39,599 bases of DNA from a virus (IMGVR_UViG_3300043444_000502:128001-167599); one strand, 5' to 3'; counted from the first letter of the stretch, positions 17,597 to 26,567 are shown. Program-made: numbers and translations. The notes: generated from the sequence alone by a model not told the origin.

Positions 17597-19849
17597 ATGC
17601 CAGTAGATCCATCAATTCAACGTAAAGTTGATTCACTAAGTTCTGAAGCAGAAAAGCTTCGTGCTCAACATCAAGCTACGCAATCTGCACAATCAGATAA
17701 ACTTAAGAATGATTTAGAAATGCTTAAGAATAAAAAAGAACAAATGCTTGATGCTGAGAAAAAAAGATCTGCTAATTTGGCAAATCAATCAGAAAATTCT
17801 GTATATGATGTTACAGAACTGATTGATGCTATGCTAAATGAAAAGGCTGCAACTGGTGGATTTGATTATGAAAAGCAAGTAAATGATACTCTTAAGAAAA
17901 TGGGTAAAGCACATCCAGATTCTGGTACTGCTGGATCTTCAGCTGATGCGCCTGATGCTAAGTTCACACACAATGGTGAAGAACATAATTTAGAGATTAA
18001 ACAGAACAGCAAAGCTATGTATGGTCAAATCGAGCTTAAACATAATGGTAAAGAATGGGATATTTCAGAACGTTCTAAAAAGAAATATCCAGAAACATAT
18101 AAAGCTATTCATGGTTCTGGTTTCTTAAAGAAAGTTAACAAACAATGGGAAGCACCAACTGGAGATTATGATGAAGACCTAAAAATGGGTAACGTTTATC
18201 ATGATCATCCGGATGCAGAACCAATTAAAGCACATTATGGTAAAGATCGCAAAACCAATTACATTCAAATTGGAGGAGGTCATGGTTTTTATCACACTGG
18301 TAATGATGCTGCAGGATTAGGATCTCCAGAATTAGACGGTAAAACTCAATTTAGAGCACGTATGAAATATCGTGGAACTGATAAAAAAACCGGTAAGAAA
18401 AAATATGGTGCATTAATTGTTATGGGTTTAAAAGATGCATCTAAATCTCATCATAATTTAGATGATCCAAATCAAAAAGAATGGATTAATTATTTAATGA
18501 ATGGTTCACAAGTCATTTCTGAAACAGCATTAAATTCTAAAGATCCTCATGGCGATTATCAAGCTAAGCGTAAAGCATTACATGATCTATCTTTAAATAA
18601 AGATGTCGATCAAAAAGAAGTACAACAAAGACGTTTAGATCTAGACAAAGAATATTCAAAATATAAGAAAGAAAACACTATGTATGATTTAGATTCTCTT
18701 AATGAGAATTTTACGCTTGGTTTCCAACATGGACAAGCAGAAGAAATAAAAAAGAATCCATACGAAAAAGGTAGTGATGAATATAATCGTTATGAAGATG
18801 GGTTTTGGCAAGGTTTAAATCATCGCAGAGTTACACAAGTGCACTTAGAATCAAAAGCACCTGTAGCACCAGCACCTTTCATTCATAGAATTGCTGTTAC
18901 TGTTTCTGAACCAGATCATCCAGCTGTAACAAAGCGCAATGAAACTCAACAAAAATTTGTTAGAGTGCATCATCATACAGACAACAAAGAAGATGCAGTT
19001 GCACGCGGCAAAAAACATTTTGCCAAAAAAGGTTATAAAGTACATGACGCACATCATGTTAGCATGAATGAAGCTACTAGTACAGTGAAAACGGATAAAG
19101 ATGGAAAAGTAGTTTCGTGGTCTCATGAAGGCGATTGGAAAAAAACAAATCCTAAAAAAAATCCAGAAGGTAAAGTACATAATTTAACAGGTCAAGCGTT
19201 AAAACAATCTCAGAAATTAAATAAAGAAGAAGTAGAATTAGAAGAAGCGAGAAGTGTCGCTGATAGATTAGCAGCTGCAAAAGAAATGTATGATAGCGCA
19301 ATGAGATCTGCACGTAGTCCTGCTGAACGCGCTCAAGCAAAAGAAACTTATGATAACGTTGTTAAACGCTTAAAAGAAGAAGTTGCTGCTAATAATGTTG
19401 GTGGCGGAGCAATTGCTGGTACACAAGGTGACGCTGGTAAAAAGGTTGTAATGACTAAACAACCATTAAAACGCAAACTTGTTTCTTTTAAAGAAGCGTG
19501 TGATTGTTGGAAAGGTTATAAGCGTAAACCTGGAACTAAACCATGTGAAAAGGATTCATGCGTAAAAGAAGACTCTGAACTGGATGAAGCCGCAATCGAT
19601 GCTAAAGGTCATAAATCTTCTACCGGTGGATTGACACAAAAAGGTGTTGACGCATATCGTAGAGAAAATCCAGGTAGTAAATTACAAACTGCAGTAACAA
19701 CTAAACCATCTAAACTAGATCCGGATAGTAAAGACGCTAAACGTCGTAAATCATTTTGTGCACGTATGAGTGGTGTAGAAGGACCAATGAAAGATGAAAA
19801 TGGTAAACCAACTCGTAAAGCACTTGCTTTAAGAAAGTGGAATTGTTAA
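17597..19849 (+). CDS. modular polyprotein with a PD-(D/E)xK nuclease-like domain and a C-terminal DUF6321-like module
   Basis: GFDYE..APD..LEIK; GGLTQKG..NPGSKL..RRKSFCARM..ALRKWNC; LNE/ISE/MNE/LEE/LKE/LDE linkers. Confidence 0.75.
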   Translation: MPVDPSIQRKVDSLSSEAEKLRAQHQATQSAQSDKLKNDLEMLKNKKEQMLDAEKKRSANLANQSENSVYDVTELIDAMLNEKAATGGFDYEKQVNDTLKKMGKAHPDSGTAGSSADAPDAKFTHNGEEHNLEIKQNSKAMYGQIELKHNGKEWDISERSKKKYPETYKAIHGSGFLKKVNKQWEAPTGDYDEDLKMGNVYHDHPDAEPIKAHYGKDRKTNYIQIGGGHGFYHTGNDAAGLGSPELDGKTQFRARMKYRGTDKKTGKKKYGALIVMGLKDASKSHHNLDDPNQKEWINYLMNGSQVISETALNSKDPHGDYQAKRKALHDLSLNKDVDQKEVQQRRLDLDKEYSKYKKENTMYDLDSLNENFTLGFQHGQAEEIKKNPYEKGSDEYNRYEDGFWQGLNHRRVTQVHLESKAPVAPAPFIHRIAVTVSEPDHPAVTKRNETQQKFVRVHHHTDNKEDAVARGKKHFAKKGYKVHDAHHVSMNEATSTVKTDKDGKVVSWSHEGDWKKTNPKKNPEGKVHNLTGQALKQSQKLNKEEVELEEARSVADRLAAAKEMYDSAMRSARSPAERAQAKETYDNVVKRLKEEVAANNVGGGAIAGTQGDAGKKVVMTKQPLKRKLVSFKEACDCWKGYKRKPGTKPCEKDSCVKEDSELDEAAIDAKGHKSSTGGLTQKGVDAYRRENPGSKLQTAVTTKPSKLDPDSKDAKRRKSFCARMSGVEGPMKDENGKPTRKALALRKWNC

Positions 19850-19850
19850 A

Positions 19851-20426
19851 ATGTTTCTATTATCTTTTTTACCAGATTGGATTTTTTATGCGTTATTGCT
19901 TTTGAGCGTAATTGGTGTTTTCGTTAGTATGTTCTTAAGTAATCTCCCATTCATTTCATCATATACTAAACCAATTCAATATGGTTCTATTGCTGTATTA
20001 TTATTCTCTGTGTATATGTGCGGCGGTATTTCTAATGAAGAAGGTTGGCAAAAGAAAGTATTACAACAACAAGCTGAGATTGCTCAATTAAAACAAAAAG
20101 AAGCGGAAGTTAGCACAAAAGTTGTAACGAAGTATATAGATAAAATTACAGTCGTTAAGGAAAAGAATAATGAAATTGCAAAATATATCAATAAAGACGC
20201 TGATGCTAAGTGCGAGTTGCCTATTTCTTTCGGCGTGCTCCACGATGCTGCCGCAAAAAACGAGCTTCCCGACTCCGCCAGAGCTACTGATGCGAGAGCC
20301 TCAGACGTTAAACTCTCTGAAGCAACAAGTACCATCGTCAACAACTACGGTGCCTGCAACCAAAACACAGAGCAATTAAAAGCTCTGCAAGAATGGATTC
20401 GCGAGCAACAAAAGCTCAACCCATAA
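19851..20426 (+). CDS. Rz-like inner-membrane spanin
   Basis: N-terminal TMs, coiled coil, C..LHDAAA..NYGAC..QLKALQEW. Confidence 0.8.
   Translation: MFLLSFLPDWIFYALLLLSVIGVFVSMFLSNLPFISSYTKPIQYGSIAVLLFSVYMCGGISNEEGWQKKVLQQQAEIAQLKQKEAEVSTKVVTKYIDKITVVKEKNNEIAKYINKDADAKCELPISFGVLHDAAAKNELPDSARATDARASDVKLSEATSTIVNNYGACNQNTEQLKALQEWIREQQKLNP
20170..20379 (+). CDS. Rz1-like outer-membrane lipoprotein spanin embedded in Rz
   Basis: Signal peptide with lipobox LSAC, then Pro-rich FPTPPELLMREP; +1 frame. Confidence 0.8.
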   Translation: MKLQNISIKTLMLSASCLFLSACSTMLPQKTSFPTPPELLMREPQTLNSLKQQVPSSTTTVPATKTQSN

Positions 20427-20456
20427 AAATATTTCAATTTGTATGCCAATCCGCTA

Positions 20457-20485
20457 TGTACAATCATATGCGGATGTGGTATAAT
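20457..20485 (+). promoter_or_regulatory. early promoter for nrdA
   Basis: TGTACA-N17-TATAAT, TGTGG extension. Confidence 0.85.
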
Positions 20486-20514
20486 ATACTTCTGTTATTT
20501 GGAGTCTTATAATA

Positions 20515-22815
20515 ATGCATAATATTAATGTTGTAAAAAGAAATGGTCAACAAGAACCATTCAATGTGAATAAAATCCATAAAGTGTTGGAATGGGCAAC
20601 AGAAGAAATTAATGGTATCTCTATTAGCGAGATCGAACTTAAAGCTAATATTCAAATTCATAATGGCATGAATACAAATGATATTCATGAATTGTTGATC
20701 AAATCTGCTGCAGAACTTATTTCTGAACAAACTCCTAATTATCAGTATGTTGCAGCACGTCTTGTAAATTACAAACTCCGCAAACAAGTTTATGGTGAAT
20801 ATACACCATGGTCGTTAATAACAATTACGACTCAAAATGTCATGCGTGGTGTATATGACGGCCAAGTTTTAAATGAATATACGGAATATGAATTTGATCA
20901 ACTAGACAAATATATTAAACATGAACGAGATAACGAATTTACCTATGTTGGTATGGAACAATTTCGTGGTAAGTACTTAGTTCAAGATAGAGTTACAAAA
21001 ACTCCATTTGAAACTCCGCAAGTTTTATACATGCTTATTGCGATGAATCTCTTTATGAAATATCCTAGAGAGACACGTTTAAAATATGTAAAGGAGTATT
21101 ACGATGCTATTTCTCAGTTCTATATTAGCCTTCCTACCCCAATCATGGCCGGTCTTCGTACTCCTACTCGCCAGTTTAGCTCTTGTGTGCTTATTGAGTC
21201 TGATGATTCTTTGGACTCCATCAATTCGACATCAACTTCGATTGTCCGTTACATTTCTAAAAAAGCTGGCATTGGTATCGGTGCTGGTTCTATTCGTGCT
21301 ATCGGTAGTCGTATCGGTGATGGTTCCGTTGTTCACACCGGTCTCATTCCTTTCTTAAAATATTTCCAAGCTGCAGTAAAATCATGTTCACAAGGCGGTG
21401 TTCGTGGCGGCGCAGCAACTGTTTATCTTCCAGTGTGGCACTTAGAATATGAGAATCTTATTGTACTAAAGAACAATAAAGGTACGGAAGAAACTCGTGT
21501 TCGCCACATGGATTATTGCTTCCAATTCAATAAGACAATGTATGAACGTCTATTGACTGGCGGTAATATTACTCTATTTTCTCCAGCTGATGTACCTGGT
21601 TTATATGAAGCATTCTTTGAAGATCAAGATAAATTCAAAGAACTATATCTTAAATATGAAGCAGATGATAGCATCCGTAAAAAGGTTTTACCTGCAATTG
21701 AAGTATTCTCACAGTTCTTAACTGAACGTAAAGATACAGGTCGCATTTACTTAATGAACGTTGATCATGCAAATAGTCATGGCGCATTCATTGAAGAAAA
21801 AGCACCTATTCGTATGTCTAATTTATGTTGTGAAATCGATTTACCAACTACACCATTAAAATCAGCGGAGGATGAAAATGGAGAAATCAGTTTGTGCACT
21901 TTGTCGGCCACCAATTGGGGACTCATCAATGAACCAAGAGAATTCGAAAAATATTGCGATCTCCAAGTCAGAGCTCTCGATGAATTGCTCGACTACCAAT
22001 GGTATCCAGTACCAGCGGCAGAACGCGGAACGAAAAATCGCCGCCCTCTTGGTAACGGCATCATCAATCTCGCCTACTTTTTGGCCAAGCGAGGACTGCG
22101 ATATGACGACTCCGCACTTCCAGTAATTGATGAATATGCAGAAGCGTGGTCATATTATTTGATCAAATCATCTGTACAATTGGCTAAAGAAAAAGGTGCA
22201 TGTCCTAAGAGTTATGAAACTAAGTATTCACTTGGAAAAACACCAAATGATACATATAAGCGTGAAGTTGATGAATTAGTTCCTCATCAAGAACGCATGG
22301 ATTGGTTCGATCTACGTCAAGACTTAATTCATTATGGCATTCGTAACTCTACACTAATGGCATTAATGCCTGCAGAAACATCTGCACAAATTAGTAACTC
22401 AACAAATGGTATTGAACCACCGCGCGCTTTAGTTTCATTTAAACAATCTAAAGACGGAGTGATGGCTCAAGTAGTTCCAGGTTATCATAAACTTAAAAAA
22501 GAATATGACTTATTGTGGGATCAAAAATCTCCTGAAGGTTATTTAAAGATTTGTGCTGTATTGCAAAAGTATATCGATCAAGGTATCTCAGTTAATACAT
22601 CATATAATCCAGAAAACTACGAAGATCATAAAATTCCAATGTCAGAAATGATTAAGCATCTAGTAATGTTTTATAAGTATGGTGGTAAACAACTATATTA
22701 TTTCAATACACATGACGGTGCTGGTGAGCTTCATGAAAAAGAATTTAAAGCAATTGAAGAACAGTTAGCTCAACCAGTTGATGGTGAGGATGACTGTGAA
22801 TCATGCAAGATTTAA
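20515..22815 (+). CDS. nrdA: class Ia ribonucleotide reductase alpha subunit
   Basis: ATP cone (VVKRNG), SSCVL, SNLCCEI, LYY, C-terminal CESC. Confidence 0.98.
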   Translation: MHNINVVKRNGQQEPFNVNKIHKVLEWATEEINGISISEIELKANIQIHNGMNTNDIHELLIKSAAELISEQTPNYQYVAARLVNYKLRKQVYGEYTPWSLITITTQNVMRGVYDGQVLNEYTEYEFDQLDKYIKHERDNEFTYVGMEQFRGKYLVQDRVTKTPFETPQVLYMLIAMNLFMKYPRETRLKYVKEYYDAISQFYISLPTPIMAGLRTPTRQFSSCVLIESDDSLDSINSTSTSIVRYISKKAGIGIGAGSIRAIGSRIGDGSVVHTGLIPFLKYFQAAVKSCSQGGVRGGAATVYLPVWHLEYENLIVLKNNKGTEETRVRHMDYCFQFNKTMYERLLTGGNITLFSPADVPGLYEAFFEDQDKFKELYLKYEADDSIRKKVLPAIEVFSQFLTERKDTGRIYLMNVDHANSHGAFIEEKAPIRMSNLCCEIDLPTTPLKSAEDENGEISLCTLSATNWGLINEPREFEKYCDLQVRALDELLDYQWYPVPAAERGTKNRRPLGNGIINLAYFLAKRGLRYDDSALPVIDEYAEAWSYYLIKSSVQLAKEKGACPKSYETKYSLGKTPNDTYKREVDELVPHQERMDWFDLRQDLIHYGIRNSTLMALMPAETSAQISNSTNGIEPPRALVSFKQSKDGVMAQVVPGYHKLKKEYDLLWDQKSPEGYLKICAVLQKYIDQGISVNTSYNPENYEDHKIPMSEMIKHLVMFYKYGGKQLYYFNTHDGAGELHEKEFKAIEEQLAQPVDGEDDCESCKI

Positions 22816-22964
22816 AAAAGTTAGCATTAGAACGATATGAAGAATGTAAGATCTGTCCAAAAAAGACAGATCTTTTAAAAATTGAAAGATGTAAAGAATG
22901 CGGTTGCATATTATTTTTTAAAGTAATCGCACCTAATGAAAAATGTCCACTAGGAAAATGGTAG
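22803..22964 (+). CDS. 53-aa Cys-rich protein (DUF6171-like by recall), not in the ORF track
   Basis: CKIC..CKECGC..CPLGKW. Confidence 0.75.
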   Translation: MQDLKKLALERYEECKICPKKTDLLKIERCKECGCILFFKVIAPNEKCPLGKW

Positions 22965-24086
22965 ATGTCAGTATTTAAATTAAAAAATAAAAGTCATTTA
23001 GAATCACCAATGTTTTTTGGTGAATCAGTAGATATAGCAAGATATGATACAGTTCGTTATAGTCAATTTGAAAAGATTACAGATAAACAGTTAGGATTTT
23101 TTTGGCGACCTGAAGAAGTAGATCTTTCAAAAGATCGTAAAGATTTTAATGACTTAAACGAATTCGAACAACATATCTTTACATCAAATCTTAAACGTCA
23201 AATTTTATTAGACTCAGTGCAAGGTCGTTCACCGAACCTTGCATTTTTGCCTATGGCTTCTGTTCCTGAATTAGAAGTGATGGTAGAAACTTGGGCATTC
23301 TTTGAAACTATTCACTCTCGTTCATACACTCATATTATTCGAAATGTTTACCCTAATCCTTCAAAAGTCTTTGACGAAATTAAAACTATTCAACCAATTC
23401 TTGATTGTGCTCACGATATTAGTGTGTACTATGACGATTTTATTTCTTATTCTCGATATTTCGAATTACTTGGCGTTGGAGATCATACAATTAATGGGGA
23501 AACTATTAGGATTGATCTTTACGAACTAAAGAAAAAATTATTTTTATGCCTATTAAGCGTATACATACTTGAAGGTATTCGCTTCTACGTTTCATTTGCT
23601 TGTTCATGGGCATTTGCTGAACTTAAGAAAATGGAAGGTAATGCCAAAGTAATTAAGTTTATTGCGCGTGATGAGAATACTCACCTTGCTGCAAGTACTT
23701 CTATCATTAAACATCTTATTAAAGATGATAAAGATTTTGCACAGATTCGTCAAGAAACTGAAAAGCAAGTTGAAGATATGTTTAAAGCAGCTATTGAACA
23801 AGAAAAAGAATGGGCGAAATACTTATTCAAAGATGGTTCGATGATTGGATTAAATGAAAAATTACTTGGCGATTATGTCGAATGGATTGGTTGTCGTCGT
23901 ATGAGAGCATTGTCATATCACTGTCCATATACGGTATCTCAATCAAATCCATTGCCATGGACTGAGAAATGGATTGGTGGAGGTAATGTACAAGTTGCTC
24001 CACAAGAAACTGAAATTACAAGTTATATTACTGGAGGCGTTAAACAAGATGTCTCTGCTGATACGTTAAAAGGATTATCTCTATGA
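22965..24086 (+). CDS. nrdB: class Ia ribonucleotide reductase beta subunit
   Basis: FFWRPEEV, ETIHSRSY, LEGIRFY, RDENTH, VAPQETE. Confidence 0.98.
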   Translation: MSVFKLKNKSHLESPMFFGESVDIARYDTVRYSQFEKITDKQLGFFWRPEEVDLSKDRKDFNDLNEFEQHIFTSNLKRQILLDSVQGRSPNLAFLPMASVPELEVMVETWAFFETIHSRSYTHIIRNVYPNPSKVFDEIKTIQPILDCAHDISVYYDDFISYSRYFELLGVGDHTINGETIRIDLYELKKKLFLCLLSVYILEGIRFYVSFACSWAFAELKKMEGNAKVIKFIARDENTHLAASTSIIKHLIKDDKDFAQIRQETEKQVEDMFKAAIEQEKEWAKYLFKDGSMIGLNEKLLGDYVEWIGCRRMRALSYHCPYTVSQSNPLPWTEKWIGGGNVQVAPQETEITSYITGGVKQDVSADTLKGLSL

Positions 24087-24316
24087 TGTTAGTATATTCT
24101 CGGAATGTGTGTCCATATTGTACACAAGCTAAAGCATTATTAGAATCAAAGGGTATCAAATATACCGAAATTAATATTGATACTAATGCTGCTGGTAGAG
24201 ATGTTTTATTAGAACAAGGTCTTCGATCAGTTCCTCAGATTTTTGATGGATCTGAATTGATCGGAGGATTTGATAAATTAAAAGTTTGGTTAGAATTAAA
24301 AGAACAAACGTTATGA
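24083..24316 (+). CDS. nrdC: glutaredoxin
   Basis: CPYC, SVPQIF, IGGF. Confidence 0.92.
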   Translation: MMLVYSRNVCPYCTQAKALLESKGIKYTEINIDTNAAGRDVLLEQGLRSVPQIFDGSELIGGFDKLKVWLELKEQTL

Positions 24317-24495
24317 CAAAGAAAACATTAGAATGTAATAATTGTAGTATTGAATCTACAATTGAGTATGACTATGATAGTACAGGTGAAGAACCTATCT
24401 ATTGTCCTTTCTGCGGATCATCATATATACAAGAGGAATTAGAAGATTTTGACCTCTTAAAGGATGATTTTGATGACATGGATGCACAATGGTAA
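24313..24495 (+). CDS. zinc-ribbon protein
   Basis: CNNC...CPFCG; acidic tail. Confidence 0.75.
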   Translation: MTKKTLECNNCSIESTIEYDYDSTGEEPIYCPFCGSSYIQEELEDFDLLKDDFDDMDAQW

Positions 24496-24901
24496 ACCAT
24501 ATGAATTAGGTGAACAAACACATAAAGAAGTTTATGGTTTTGTTTATTTGATTACTGATGTTGAAACCAATAAGCAATACGTAGGTAAAAAACTATTTTG
24601 GTCTAGTAAAACTAAACAAGTAAAAGGTAAAAAGAAACGACTAAAAGTTGAATCTGATTGGAAGACATATTTTGGGTCTAACAAAGTTTTACTTGAAGAA
24701 GTAGCAAAGAATGGTGAAGCAAGATATAAACGAGAAATCTTGCATTTATGTGCCGGTAAAGGTGAATGTAATTACTTAGAAGCCTATGAACAATTTACTC
24801 GCAATGTATTAACTAGCGATCATTTTTATAATGATTGGATTATGGTTAAAGTGCATAGAGCTCACATAAAGGGTTTACAACAAGTAAAAACTGTGGTATA
24901 A
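24473..24901 (+). CDS. GIY-YIG nuclease
   Basis: YGFVYLIT..YVGKK, YFGS, EAYEQ, YND. Confidence 0.8.
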   Translation: MTWMHNGKPYELGEQTHKEVYGFVYLITDVETNKQYVGKKLFWSSKTKQVKGKKKRLKVESDWKTYFGSNKVLLEEVAKNGEARYKREILHLCAGKGECNYLEAYEQFTRNVLTSDHFYNDWIMVKVHRAHIKGLQQVKTVV

Positions 24902-24902
24902 T
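24874..24902 (+). promoter_or_regulatory. early promoter for rnh
   Basis: TTTACA-N17-TATAAT, TGTGG. Confidence 0.8.
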
Positions 24903-24909
24903 ATACATT

Positions 24910-25761
24910 ATGATTATTATTGATTACTCTCAAATTTCCATCGCAGCCTTTTATGCTCAACCTAATGCTGAGTTGACAGAAGGTTTTTTGCGTCATTTAA
25001 TTTTAAATACAATTCGAATGTATTCTAAGAAATACAAAGCAGAATACGGAGAGATTGTATTAGCATGTGACGGCGGTAATTCTTGGCGCAAAGGATTTTT
25101 TCCACAATATAAAGCTCATCGCAAAAAAGCAAGAGAAGAATCTAAGATGGATTGGAAACTTTTCTTTGAATTGCTAAACATGATTCGCGAAGAAATTAAA
25201 GAACACTTTCCGTATAAAGTGATTCACATCGATCGTGTTGAAGCTGATGATGTTATTGCAGTATTGGCTGAACAAACTCAAGAATTTGGCAAAAATGAAC
25301 CTGTGATGATCATCTCTTCTGATGGAGACTTTATTCAATTACAGAAGTTTAAAAATGTTAAACAATTCTCGCCAATCCAAAAGAAAGTGGTTACCGACTC
25401 CAACCCTCATCTCTACTTGTTCGAACATATTATTCGTGGTGATAAAGGTGATGGTATTCCTAATATTCTTTCTTCCGACAATTGCATTGTTGATGGTACA
25501 CGTCAAACTCCAATCAGTCAGAAAAAAATAGATGAATGGTTAAAGCACGCTGAAGATCTTAAATCTATTATGAATGAAGAAACATATAGAAATTTTCAAC
25601 GTAATCAACTATTAATTGATCTAAATAAAATTCCAGAAGGCATTAAAGAAACAATCATAAATACATATGATGAACAAAAAGTTGCACCTCGCGGACGTAT
25701 TCTTGATTATCTAATTAAGAAGCGTTGTAAAATGTTAGTAGATTCTGTACAAGAGTTTTAA
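24910..25761 (+). CDS. rnh: T4-type RNase H (5'-3' exonuclease)
   Basis: IIID, YKAHR, EADDVI, SSDGDFIQL, GDKGDGIPN. Confidence 0.95.
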   Translation: MIIIDYSQISIAAFYAQPNAELTEGFLRHLILNTIRMYSKKYKAEYGEIVLACDGGNSWRKGFFPQYKAHRKKAREESKMDWKLFFELLNMIREEIKEHFPYKVIHIDRVEADDVIAVLAEQTQEFGKNEPVMIISSDGDFIQLQKFKNVKQFSPIQKKVVTDSNPHLYLFEHIIRGDKGDGIPNILSSDNCIVDGTRQTPISQKKIDEWLKHAEDLKSIMNEETYRNFQRNQLLIDLNKIPEGIKETIINTYDEQKVAPRGRILDYLIKKRCKMLVDSVQEF

Positions 25762-25764
25762 AAA

Positions 25765-26199
25765 ATGGCTAAACAATTACTTATTTCTGAAGTTTTAGAA
25801 CTTGTTTCGAAAACTGATTCACGTAAAGAAAAAATTAAAATCTTGCGTGATCACAATACACTTGCATTAAGAGATGTACTAAAAGGTGCATTAGACGATT
25901 CTGTAGAATTCATTTTACCAGAAGGTCAACCTCCAATTGACGAAGAAGAAAAAGAAAAGTATGACAAAGTTAAACTTGTCAGTGAAACTAAAAAGTTTCG
26001 TTATTTTGTAAAGGGTGGACCAGGAGAACAAGTCAATAGAGTGCGTAGAGAGAAAATGTTTATTGACATTCTATATCGCATCGATAATAAAGAAGTACCA
26101 ATGCTTTGTGCTATGAAAGATAAAAAAATAGGAGAACTTTATAAAGGTTTGACTAAAAAACTAGTTCAAGAAGCTTTCCCAGGACTCATTATTGCATAA
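25765..26199 (+). CDS. conserved T4-like hypothetical protein
   Basis: LISEVL..LPEG.PP..RREKMFI..LVQEAFP; follows rnh. Confidence 0.8.
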   Translation: MAKQLLISEVLELVSKTDSRKEKIKILRDHNTLALRDVLKGALDDSVEFILPEGQPPIDEEEKEKYDKVKLVSETKKFRYFVKGGPGEQVNRVRREKMFIDILYRIDNKEVPMLCAMKDKKIGELYKGLTKKLVQEAFPGLIIA

Positions 26200-26232
26200 A
26201 TAAAAGTATGATTGTATCATACATTCAACACG

Positions 26233-26272
26233 GCGGACCAAGTCTTAATTGACTCTGGTCCGTTTTTCTTTT
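26233..26272 (+). terminator. intrinsic terminator overlapped by a 14-codon mini-ORF
   Basis: GCGGACCA-AGTC..GACT-C-TGGTCCGT-TTTTCTTTT. Confidence 0.75.
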
Positions 26273-26349
26273 CCACAAAGGAGATCTTTAGGCAAATAAT
26301 TTATATTATGTGATTTCAACTTCAACTTCTTAAACCATTAGGAGAGAGT

Positions 26350-26517
26350 ATGGTTCCTTCCCAATTAGAAAAATTAAAAAAAGATGCACGCGAACTAGAA
26401 CATCATATTGCTAGAATGAAAAAGGAGGGTCGAAGCGACAAAGTAAGTCAGCTTCAGATTAAAAAAATGACAATCGATAAATTTATCGGTGAAATCACAC
26501 ACAATTATTACTACTAA
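26350..26517 (+). CDS. 55-aa coiled-coil protein, not in the ORF track
   Basis: AGGAG SD; MVPSQLEKLKKDARELEHHIARM... Confidence 0.75.
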   Translation: MVPSQLEKLKKDARELEHHIARMKKEGRSDKVSQLQIKKMTIDKFIGEITHNYYY

Positions 26518-26567
26518 AGGCGGTGATCAATATCTCGGCGGGGAACTTCGGTTCCCCGTTCGCCTTT
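26516..26567 (+). terminator. stable UUCG hairpin / terminator-like structure
   Basis: GCGGGGAAC-TTCG-GTTCCCCGT within AAAGGCG/CGCCTTT. Confidence 0.7.

Noticed and set aside
24473-24901. GIY-YIG protein as a mobile homing endonuclease
   Set aside because: It is a catalytic domain only, with no DNA-binding extension; more like a resident nuclease.
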